A stretch of 64,000 nt of DNA. It comes from an uncultured delta proteobacterium. GTDB taxonomy: Bacteria; Desulfobacterota; Binatia; Binatales; Binataceae. The stretch spans positions 3,008,001 through 3,072,000 of the forward strand of contig CAWJET010000001.1 of assembly GCA_963842085.1 (NCBI GenBank), read 5' to 3'. Numbering within the stretch: position 1 is the stretch's first letter; each line of letters begins with the position of its first letter. The notes beneath the pieces were generated by a model. It was not told where the DNA came from. It saw nothing but the letters and a program-made list of their open reading frames with translations, and ran no database searches. Below, one piece after another: positions 1-7,731 of the stretch. Both the position numbers and the translations under genes were made by a program.

Positions 1-475
1 TCAGGTAGTCGTCCATCGCCGCGCGCCGCGTTTTCTTGAGCTTGTTGAAAATGTGATAGTCCGAGGCCGACGTCAGAATTCCGGTCTCGCGCAGGCCCAT
101 TTCCTTCACCAGCTTGAAGTCCGCTTTCACCGCGCGAATCCATCCGGTCACCTCGGGGAATTCGTAGCCGCGCACGACGCACCGATTCACCGCCTCGCGA
201 TCGACCTTCGAGTACAGGAAAAACTCCGTCTGCCGGATTACGCCGTTGGGACCGCCGAGCCGATGCAGCATGTCGAACATCGCGACGATTTGCCCGGCGG
301 TGTACGGCGGACGCGCCTGTTGTCCGTCGCGGAAGGTCGTATCGGTGATGAACAAGTCAGGCGCCGGCTCGGGCTGCTCGAACTGGCGGTCGAAGATAAT
401 TCGCGGCACCGCGTCGTAGGGGAACTGCTCGCGCAAAAGGTTCGGCTCGGCCACGTCGACGAGTTCGTGTTTCAT
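1..475 (-). CDS. DRE-TIM metallolyase (Re-citrate synthase / 2-isopropylmalate synthase family), 5' part; runs off the window start
   Basis: Manual minus-strand translation from ATG at 475: MKHELVDVAEPNLLREQFPY...FITDTTFRDGQQARPPY...EFFLY...EVTGWIRA...ETGILTSASDYHIFNKLK. Contains the DTTxRDGxQ motif. Absent from the ORF track because it is truncated. Confidence 0.8.
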   Translation of the reverse strand, partial: MKHELVDVAEPNLLREQFPYDAVPRIIFDRQFEQPEPAPDLFITDTTFRDGQQARPPYTAGQIVAMFDMLHRLGGPNGVIRQTEFFLYSKVDREAVNRCVVRGYEFPEVTGWIRAVKADFKLVKEMGLRETGILTSASDYHIFNKLKKTRRAAMDDYL

Positions 476-654
476 ATCGGAGGTCCTCGACTCCGATCTA
501 AACCGCATGAATCAACATATGTCAAGCTATATACAGCACCATTTATGCTGCACGAGGAATTGAGGTGGTACGTCCGCCGCAGAACCCTCGCCTGCCGGCC
601 GCGCCGCGGCCGGCGCCTCTCCCGTGAAATAACGGGCGAGGTAAGAAGGAGCCG

Positions 655-691
655 GGATTCTTCGCTACAGCAACTTTCGCTCTAGAATGAC
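655..691. repeat. REP-like palindromic intergenic repeat (GATTCTTCGC...AGAATGAC)
   Basis: gattcttcgctacagcaactttcgctctagaatgac resembles gattcttcgccgcggcggctcagaatgac near 2987. Confidence 0.5.
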
Positions 692-750
692 GCAAAGATG
701 AAATGACGGAAAAGAGAGATCAGCTTCCGCCCCGAACGAGTTCTAACAGG

Positions 751-876
751 GGCGAAGTCCCGCATCTTCTCTTAACGTTGGGTGCAGGGGTCACCCCTGC
801 CCAAGGAGGTGCGGAACCCACGGTGGGTTCCGCATTCAATAAAGTGATTTACCCTTCCCACTCGCGGGACTTTCGA
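751..876. repeat. Small structured intergenic element: two strong hairpins inside imperfect terminal inverted repeats
   Basis: Hairpins gcaggggt-c-acccctgc (778-804) and tgcggaacccac-g-gtgggttccgca (810-834); flanks cgaagtcccgc / gcgggactttcg. Confidence 0.5.
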
Positions 877-922
877 TCTCCCCGCGATTGCGCTAAACGA
901 ACGGTATGCTGGAGGTAAAGCC

Positions 923-2035
923 ATGAAATTTGGCCTCTTCTATGAAATCTCGGTACCGCGACCATGGGGGCGCGAAACCGAAAAAACCGTTTACGACAAC
1001 TGCCTCGAGCAGGTCGCCCTCGCCGAGTCCCTCGGCTTCGACTCCGTGTGGGCCGTCGAGCATCACTTCCTCGAAGAGTATTCGCACTGCCCCGCGCCCG
1101 AACTGTTCCTGACCGCGTGCGCGATGAAGACCAAAAAAATGCGCGTCGGTCACGGCATCGTCGTGTGCGTGCCCGAGTTCAATCATCCGATCAAAATCGC
1201 CGAGCGCACCGCCGTCCTCGACATTCTCTCCGGCGGTCGTCTCGACGTCGGCACCGGCCGTTCCGCGACCTGGACCGAGCTCGCGGGCTTTCGCGCCAGC
1301 CCCGACGAGACCAAGAAAACCTGGGACGAGTTCGTCCATTGCCTGCCCAAGATGTGGACGCAGGAGCGCTTTTCCTACCAGGGACGCTCGTGGTCGATGC
1401 CCCAGCGCACGATCGTTCCCAAGCCCTACCAGAAGCCGCATCCTCCGCTGTGGGTCGCGGTCACCAGTCCCGGCACCGAGATCGACGCGGCCGAGCGCGG
1501 CATGGGCAGCCTCGGACTGACCTTCGGCGGATTCGCCGAGCAGGACGAGAAGGTCAAGCGCTATCGCAAGATCATCCGCAATTGCACTCCGGTCGGCGAG
1601 GTCGTCAACGAAGCCGTCTCGACCGTGAACTTTCTCTATTGCCATGAGGACGACGCCGAGGGCGTCAAGGTCGGCCGCCGTCTCACCGGTACCTTCAACT
1701 ATCTCGCCGCCCAGTTGCTCGCCGCGCGCGAGGCGTATCCGAGCAAATCGTATCCGTCGCTCGGCCTGCTGCCTTCGCTGCGTCAGGAGGCGTCGGGCCC
1801 CGGCGACGCTTCCGGCGCGCCCGAGGGTATCGCGATCGGAAATCCCGCGCGCATTACGCGCGAGATGAAGAAGTGGGAGGCCGTGGGCGTCGATCGCGTC
1901 AACTTCCTGCTGAACGCGCTCGAGACCGTGCCGCAGCAAAAGGTGCTCGACTCACTCCGCCTGTTCGCCAAGGAAGTGATGCCTCATTTTCAAGGTGCGA
2001 GCGATTCCGCTTCCGCCGCCGCAGGAGGTCGCTGA
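923..2035 (+). CDS. LLM-class flavin-dependent oxidoreductase (luciferase-like)
   Basis: MKFGLFYE start, AESLGFDSVWAVEHHF, HPIKIAERTAVLDILSGGRLDVGTGRS, PKPYQKPHPPLW; RBS ggaggt. Confidence 0.9.
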   Translation: MKFGLFYEISVPRPWGRETEKTVYDNCLEQVALAESLGFDSVWAVEHHFLEEYSHCPAPELFLTACAMKTKKMRVGHGIVVCVPEFNHPIKIAERTAVLDILSGGRLDVGTGRSATWTELAGFRASPDETKKTWDEFVHCLPKMWTQERFSYQGRSWSMPQRTIVPKPYQKPHPPLWVAVTSPGTEIDAAERGMGSLGLTFGGFAEQDEKVKRYRKIIRNCTPVGEVVNEAVSTVNFLYCHEDDAEGVKVGRRLTGTFNYLAAQLLAAREAYPSKSYPSLGLLPSLRQEASGPGDASGAPEGIAIGNPARITREMKKWEAVGVDRVNFLLNALETVPQQKVLDSLRLFAKEVMPHFQGASDSASAAAGGR

Positions 2036-2790
2036 TGCCGCCGCGCTACGGAAAGCTCGATCTCGCCGCATGGGCCAAGTCGGTGCCGACAATCAACGGT
2101 CTCAAAACCGAGCCGTGGACCCTGAAGGGCGCTAAAATCCTCTCGATCAATATCGAGGTCGACGACGACCCCGCGGACTTCCTGCTGCCGGCCACGATGC
2201 ATCCGTCGATTCCCGAGTACGCGATCTTCAACGTCACCTCGTATCCCGACAGCCCCGTCGGCGCATTCTCGATTGCCGAGGTCCGACTCTCGGGCCGCAC
2301 CGGCGTCCGTCCGCGCGGCTTCGTGCTCCGCAGTTATTGCGACAACGAAGATGCGCGCCGCGAGCTGGCCGCGCGATGGGGTTATCCAACCGTCGCCGGC
2401 GAGGTTAAGCTCGACATCCGCCACGACCGCGTCGTCGGCCGCGTCAGCGCCGGTGGCAAGCCGGTGCTCGAATGCGAGCTGCTCGATCGCGACATGATCT
2501 CCGGCGGCGATATCCAGTACATCGCGAGCATGCATCTGGCCCGCAACAAGGACGACGGCAAGCTGGTGCTCGTGCAAGTCGATCCCGAGTTCGTTTTCTC
2601 CAAAGCGGAGCGCGGCAAGCCGCGGATTATCCTGCTCGACAACGACGCGTTCGGCGCCGGCAACTACCTCCGCCTCGCCAATCCCATCTCGGCCACTTTC
2701 ACAACCGCCGACGTAACGCTGCCGAAGATCCGCTACATCTGCAATCCAGAGTTGCCGGCGATGCAGGGCACGACGAAGGTCGCCGCCTGA
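2035..2790 (+). CDS. Acetoacetate decarboxylase-family protein
   Basis: ATG overlaps upstream TGA (tgatg); LLPATMHP...DSPVGAFSIAE...ARRELAARWGYP pattern fits the ADC fold. Confidence 0.65.
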   Translation: MPPRYGKLDLAAWAKSVPTINGLKTEPWTLKGAKILSINIEVDDDPADFLLPATMHPSIPEYAIFNVTSYPDSPVGAFSIAEVRLSGRTGVRPRGFVLRSYCDNEDARRELAARWGYPTVAGEVKLDIRHDRVVGRVSAGGKPVLECELLDRDMISGGDIQYIASMHLARNKDDGKLVLVQVDPEFVFSKAERGKPRIILLDNDAFGAGNYLRLANPISATFTTADVTLPKIRYICNPELPAMQGTTKVAA

Positions 2791-2811
2791 TCGGGTCGCG
2801 GAGTCGCAGTC

Positions 2812-3016
2812 TGCATCCTGAGCGCAGCGAGCAAGGCGCACCTTCTATCATCCTGACGATGCGAGCAACAACGAAAACGAGCTGAGGAACGGATCTCGGA
2901 CAGCTTCGCGCCAGCGAAGCCGGCTCCGGTTTCGTGATGCGCGTTAGCTCCTCCTTAATAATGCTGGACGTAAGAACGTCGATCCAGATTCTTCGCCGCG
3001 GCGGCTCAGAATGACG
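2812..3016. repeat. Degenerate REP-like palindromic repeats (catcctgagcgcagcga / ggatctc / gattcttcgc...ctcagaatgac)
   Basis: catcctgag near 2814 pairs with ctcagaatg near 3005; related to the 655-691 motif. Confidence 0.45.
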
Positions 3017-3024
3017 GAAGGAAA

Positions 3025-3918
3025 ATGCCCGACCCCTGGCACTTCGAACGAATCAAACTCAAAAGCGGACTCACCCTCCGCATTGCACGCGCCGGCGGCG
3101 GACCTCCCGTCATCATGCTGCACGGCTTCCCGGAATGCTGGTACTCGTGGCGTCATCAAATGCGCGCGCTGTGCGACCGCTACGATTGCGTCGCGCCCGA
3201 GATGCGCGGTTATGGCGAGTCCGACGCACCGATCGGCGTCGGCTACTACACGCTCGACAAGCTGGTCGGCGACGTCGCCGATCTGATCGAGGCGCTCGGC
3301 CACAAGCGCGCCACGGTGATTGGCCACGATTGGGGCGGCGCCGTAGCCTGGGCGACCGCGCTGATGCGTCCCGACGTTGTCGATCGTCTGATCGTCATGA
3401 ACTGTCCTCATCTCGAGCGGATGAGCCGCGCGCTGCGCCGCAATCCGCGCCAGATGCTTCGCAGTTGGTACATGCTCTTCTTCCAGATTCCCGGTATTCC
3501 CGAGTGGCTGTTCCGCCGGCGCAACTATCAAGCGCTCGTCGATGCGCTGAGCAATGGCACTTTTCAAAAGAACGTCTTCACCGACAGTGATCTCGACTAC
3601 TTTCGCGCCGCATTTCGCAATCCATATTCGATTACCGCCGCGATTAACTACTACCGCGCCAACTTCCGCTCCGGCTTTATGGCCCGTCCCGGCTCCAGCC
3701 CATGGATCGATCGCAAGATTTCAGCGCCCACGCTTCTCATCTGGGGCGAGCAGGATTTCGCACTCGGCAAGGAGCTCACCTACGGAATGGAGGGCCTGTT
3801 CACCGGGCCCTTCGCGATCAAGTACATCCCGGACAGCGGGCATTGGGTGCAGCAGGAAAAGCCCGACCTCGTGAACCAGTACGTCCGCGAGTTCCTCGAT
3901 TCCCATCCGCCCGCGTAG
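3025..3918 (+). CDS. Alpha/beta hydrolase, epoxide hydrolase family
   Basis: HGFPE motif, GHDWGG nucleophile elbow, NYYRA, GHWVQQE. Confidence 0.9.
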   Translation: MPDPWHFERIKLKSGLTLRIARAGGGPPVIMLHGFPECWYSWRHQMRALCDRYDCVAPEMRGYGESDAPIGVGYYTLDKLVGDVADLIEALGHKRATVIGHDWGGAVAWATALMRPDVVDRLIVMNCPHLERMSRALRRNPRQMLRSWYMLFFQIPGIPEWLFRRRNYQALVDALSNGTFQKNVFTDSDLDYFRAAFRNPYSITAAINYYRANFRSGFMARPGSSPWIDRKISAPTLLIWGEQDFALGKELTYGMEGLFTGPFAIKYIPDSGHWVQQEKPDLVNQYVREFLDSHPPA

Positions 3919-4084
3919 TTCGCCGACGCATTTCCCGCCGCGACTTTACTCCGCTTCGCGCCGCGCTTATCCTTTAGGTCAGGATCGAAACGCCTCGGAC
4001 GCCGCCTTTCTCACGAATCCCGGCCAAATTCCGGATCGTCGTCTGTATAGGAGCTTCCCGGCAAATTCAGAAGGAGGGGCTTTT

Positions 4085-4435
4085 ATGCCCACTAAGTTGT
4101 ATGTAGGCAACCTCGCCTACGCGGTTACGCAGGAAGACCTGGCAGAGCTCTTTGCACAGGCCGGGAAGGTCGAGAGCGCGGTAGTAGTCACCGACAAATT
4201 CTCGGGGCAGTCGCGCGGCTTCGGTTTCGTCGAGATGGCGGAGGCGGCCGACGCGGCCACCGCAATCTCGACCCTTAATGACACCGACCTGAAGGGCCGG
4301 CGAATCAAGATTGACGAGGCGCGCGCCAGCACCGGCGGTCCGCGCGGCGGCGGCGGCGGTGGAGATCGCCGACGCGGCGGCGGCGGTGGCGGCAGAGAGG
4401 GCGGTGGCGGCGGCGGAAATCGCAATCGCTGGTAG
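4085..4435 (+). CDS. RRM RNA-binding protein with Gly/Arg-rich tail
   Basis: RNP2 LYVGNL, RNP1 RGFGFVEM; RBS aggagg. Confidence 0.95.
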   Translation: MPTKLYVGNLAYAVTQEDLAELFAQAGKVESAVVVTDKFSGQSRGFGFVEMAEAADAATAISTLNDTDLKGRRIKIDEARASTGGPRGGGGGGDRRRGGGGGGREGGGGGGNRNRW

Positions 4436-4626
4436 CGCTTCGCGCCAGTGAAATAGTTTAACGATTGAATTGGCGGCGCGGTTGGAGCGAACAGCTCCCG
4501 CTGCGCCGCTCGGGTTTCTACGTTTCGACGGCTTGCGAGCCCCTCCCACACGGGCGCTCTTCTGCTATCGTTATGCGCCGAAACTGAACTGAGCCAACCC
4601 ACAAACTTCTGGATGAATCCGATCGA

Positions 4627-5481
4627 ATGAGAAAAGCCACACTGTCGACTGCGGCGGCGGCCGTCGCGCTCGCGTCCATTCTCGCCATGACCCCGCGCCC
4701 GTGCCGCGCCGACGACACCGGCACCGTCCCTTCCGGAACGCTGCGCAACGTCGCCGGCATCGTGACTCACAGCGGCGGGCGCGTCGTGCAGGTCGGCACC
4801 GCATTTTTCGTCGCCGTGCCCAGCTCGGTGTTTCCCGGCCGCTCGTTCGTCTACCTGGTGACGGCCCATCACAACCTGCTCGACGACAGCGGCAATCCGC
4901 GCGCCGGCCTCCTGCTCACGCTCGAGGACGCCAAGACCGGCGCGATGCGCGAGGAGCCGCTACCGCCTGAAACCCGCTGGGTGCTCGATCCGAATGAAGA
5001 AAAGGCCGACGTTGCCGCGATTCCCTTGACTCCGCAGGGCGCGAGCATCGCGCCGATCGCGCTTGCTTCGTTGCTTGGCAGCGACGACCCGCTCGCCCGC
5101 CCCGAAACCGGCGCGCAGGTGTACTATCTCACCGCCGCAACTGTCGGCGTCAACCAGCGTCGCTTCGAGGCGCTCGCCCGTTTCGGCCACGTCTCGGTTG
5201 CGGAGCCCGCCGACACCGAAGTCATCGGCGCGGGCCTGCAGCGGCTCAGCTACCTCGACGGCGGCGGCGCGCCCGGATTTTCCAGCGGGGCCCCGGTTTT
5301 CGTCAGCGCCGGGCTTCGCTTTGCGCTATGGGGAATACTAGAGGCCAACACTTCGCTCAACACCGATCCGGTTTTTTCCGGCCTGGCAGGCGTTCTGCCA
5401 GCCAAGTTCGTCGCCGAGACGTGCAAGGCGATGGGCGCGGTGCAGGACAAGACGCTGCAAGGCGCCAAGCTGCCCCAGTGA
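4627..5481 (+). CDS. Secreted trypsin-like serine protease domain protein
   Basis: Signal peptide; GTAFFV, YLVTAHH, ADVA and GFSSGAPVF motifs. Confidence 0.6.
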   Translation: MRKATLSTAAAAVALASILAMTPRPCRADDTGTVPSGTLRNVAGIVTHSGGRVVQVGTAFFVAVPSSVFPGRSFVYLVTAHHNLLDDSGNPRAGLLLTLEDAKTGAMREEPLPPETRWVLDPNEEKADVAAIPLTPQGASIAPIALASLLGSDDPLARPETGAQVYYLTAATVGVNQRRFEALARFGHVSVAEPADTEVIGAGLQRLSYLDGGGAPGFSSGAPVFVSAGLRFALWGILEANTSLNTDPVFSGLAGVLPAKFVAETCKAMGAVQDKTLQGAKLPQ

Positions 5482-5509
5482 CCTCGGGCCGGCGCGATGC
5501 GGATTTGAT

Positions 5510-5540
5510 TTGATTCGTACTGCCCGTCTCCAGCTATAAT
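5510..5540 (+). promoter_or_regulatory. Possible sigma70 promoter of tRNA-Asn
   Basis: Perfect TATAAT at 5535-5540; TTGATT upstream at a non-optimal 19-bp spacing. Confidence 0.35.
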
Positions 5541-5635
5541 GGCGAGCGCTGTCAGTTGAATGCTTGATTTCACGTCGATGCGCGTATATCGAGAGTAGTT
5601 CCGGCTTCGCGTAAAGGCCGAACCCAGTAAAATAT

Positions 5636-5711
5636 TCCCCGGTAGCTCAGTCGGTAGAGCGGACGGCTGTTAACCGTCATGTCGCTGGTTCGAATCCGGC
5701 CCGGGGAGCCA
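5636..5711 (+). tRNA. tRNA-Asn (GTT)
   Basis: 76 nt TCCCCGG...CCGGGGAGCCA; D-arm GCTCAGTCGGTAGAGC, anticodon loop CTGTTAA, T-loop GTTCGAATC, encoded CCA. Confidence 0.97.
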
Positions 5712-5714
5712 CTC
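5667..5714 (+). repeat. att core, tRNA-proximal copy
   Basis: ctgttaaccgtcatgtcgctggttcgaatccggcccggggagccactc; one mismatch to 36122-36169. Confidence 0.9.
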
Positions 5715-6918
5715 CTAAAGTGGCGAACTTCAAGGCTTTTTCATTGTTCCGAGCCAAACCAGTGGAGAAGTGAGCAGGCGACTGTGGGGACTTTTGTGGG
5801 GACCCGCTCCTCGGGCCGGAATGATCCGCCGGTATGTCGGGTTCAAGCGCGGCGATCGCATCGCGGCGCGCCTGCGCGCGAATGTGGGCGTACCGCGCGA
5901 GCATTCGCGGACTGACGTGCCCCGCCAGTTGACGGATGGTTTCCTCCGAGACCGTCGGATTCTCTGCGAGCCGGGTAACGAACGTATGGCGGGCGTCGTA
6001 AAAACGGATGTTGACGCCAGCCTTCGTGCGAGCGGTATCGAACGCCGTCCTGTAGCTCGAATAGCTCATCGGTCGGTCGGCATTTACGCCATAGATGTGC
6101 GGGATACGGTCGTTTCCTGCGATCGCGACATGATGGAACGGGAACACAAACGATTCTGCATTGCCGTCCGGAAAACGCGACAGCCAGACCGTGAGCGCAG
6201 CACAAGCTCGTCGGGTCAGTGGGATCATGCGGCCGGTTCCCGCATCCGTCTTCGAGCGTCCCACTACAATTTCGCCCTTTACGATCGCGCCGTCACGCCA
6301 TTCAAGCAGAAGATTCGAGCGGCGCAGCGCGCGAGTCTCGGACGGCCGCAGGCCGGCGTCGATCGAAAGAACGAAGAAAGGATATAGAGAAGGCGAGCGG
6401 CTCTCCCTGATTGCATCAAGAAGCCGCTGCTCGTCTTCTCGGCTAAGTGCCTGGCCCACGTCCGATCGCTGACGCAGCATCTTGACGCGGCCAGAGATGT
6501 GCGGCCAGATACCGAAGTGGCGAAGTATCGCGCGAAGGGTCCCAACTTCGGCATTGATCTGGCGCCCGGAAAGCCCCTCAGCTTGGCGTTTGCGCTGAAG
6601 GTCCGCAACGTCATCAGCCGAAAAGTCGGTAACCAGCCGGCTCCCGAACTCGCGTGAAAGCTTTGTGATGTATTGCCGGTAATAACGTTCCCCGAGCGGT
6701 GAGAGGCCGGTCTTCGATTGAAACCACTGGCGCGCTGCCGTCGGGAAGAGCGGCCGTTCCCGTTTCGTGAGACCGTTGACACCGAGTTCGAGATCGCGTC
6801 GGCGGGCAAGCTCCGCCTGACGGGCAATTGTTTTCGAGTCGGTACGTGTGCTCTCTCGAATTCGAGCACCGTCGAATTCAAACTCGAACCACCAAATCTT
6901 TCCTCGTTTGTAGAGCAT
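5677..6918 (-). CDS. int: Tyrosine recombinase / integrase
   Basis: MLYKRGKIWW arm-binding N-terminus; GLRPSE, SKT, YDARH (HxxR variant), LAGH...RYAH catalytic motifs; stop codon lies inside the tRNA. Confidence 0.93.
   Translation of the reverse strand: MLYKRGKIWWFEFEFDGARIRESTRTDSKTIARQAELARRRDLELGVNGLTKRERPLFPTAARQWFQSKTGLSPLGERYYRQYITKLSREFGSRLVTDFSADDVADLQRKRQAEGLSGRQINAEVGTLRAILRHFGIWPHISGRVKMLRQRSDVGQALSREDEQRLLDAIRESRSPSLYPFFVLSIDAGLRPSETRALRRSNLLLEWRDGAIVKGEIVVGRSKTDAGTGRMIPLTRRACAALTVWLSRFPDGNAESFVFPFHHVAIAGNDRIPHIYGVNADRPMSYSSYRTAFDTARTKAGVNIRFYDARHTFVTRLAENPTVSEETIRQLAGHVSPRMLARYAHIRAQARRDAIAALEPDIPADHSGPRSGSPQKSPQSPAHFSTGLARNNEKALKFATLGVAPRAGFEPAT
5778..5803 (+). promoter_or_regulatory. 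Putative integrase arm-type sites (tandem TGTGGGGA)
   Basis: gcgactgtggggacttttgtggggacc, nearly duplicated at 35965-35990 beside the other att. Confidence 0.6.
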
Positions 6919-7026
6919 GGCGTCACCTGTTTTTCGCGATCCGGGGGAATAGCTCCGCCCTGAAATCACGGAAATGTTAGATTGAAGGAAAATGATTTTC
7001 GGCGAACACGGGTCAAACCATCTCGA

Positions 7027-7260
7027 TTAGTCGACGCTGCTTGCTTCTGCGAGGTAGCGGCGGACTTCGGGATCCAGCACGACGACTCGACGGCCAAAAT
7101 GGGCGGCTCGGAGGCGGCCGCGCTTGATCTCAAGACGAAGGAAGGGAACGGAGACGCTCAGGCTATGAGCTAGATCGTTGAGGGTCCACCCCAGTTTCGG
7201 AGCAACGTGCCGGGCGCCTTCGGAATTGGATGGGATTAGAGAATTGGCATGAGCTAACAT
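7027..7260 (-). CDS. xis: Excisionase-like HTH protein
   Basis: WTLNDLAHSLSVSVPFLRLEIKRGRLRAAHFGRRVVV (HTH_17 pattern), directly upstream of int; start uncertain. Confidence 0.75.
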   Translation of the reverse strand: MLAHANSLIPSNSEGARHVAPKLGWTLNDLAHSLSVSVPFLRLEIKRGRLRAAHFGRRVVVLDPEVRRYLAEASSVD

Positions 7261-7315
7261 GATGACGAAAACCTCGGACAGATTCGCCGAACAAAGAGCG
7301 GTTCGGCTGTTACTA

Positions 7316-7346
7316 GCTACATAGCTATATGCATAAGCTGTGTCAA
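7316..7346 (-). promoter_or_regulatory. xis-int promoter with operator GCTACATAGCT over the -10
   Basis: Minus strand TTGACA-17 bp-TATGTA; operator motif shared with 13466-13491 and 14543-14561. Confidence 0.6.
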
Positions 7347-7731
7347 GGCCCGCTGCACCACGAGGCATCGCGCGTGTAGAACGCGACGGAAGAAGAACGT
7401 GACTTCCGCGCCCGCGTGCCCGAAGGACCAGGGCGTGCTGATGCCTGGTTGATTCCGCAGCATTTTGAAGGCGCCGTTCTCTCAACCAAGTCTGGAGGGC
7501 GGCGCTGGATTCTGAGATGCGTGTGGTGGAGCGCTGCAACCGTGCCGAGCGAAGCGTCTGGCACGTGAGTGCCGGCGGCGCGGTTGCCCGCGGAGCGAGC
7601 GCCACCTTCACAGCGGCGCGAAGCGGAGCGCGAGCGGCGCCTTGCGCCACGTGGCCGAGCGGCGAAGCTTGCGAAGCCCGAGTGCCCGCGCTCATAGCAC
7701 AGTGCCGCTGAGGGGTAGGCCGGGGCCGGAA

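Noticed and set aside
53-1939. Long alternative ORFs 53-685 (+) and 893-1939 (-)
   Set aside because: Antisense shadows of recognisable genes in GC-rich DNA; the same applies to 42604-44217, 16436-17332 and 56706-57653
4335-4420. GGC tandem repeats as a repeat element (also 20040-20200)
   Set aside because: They simply encode poly-Gly tracts inside proteins
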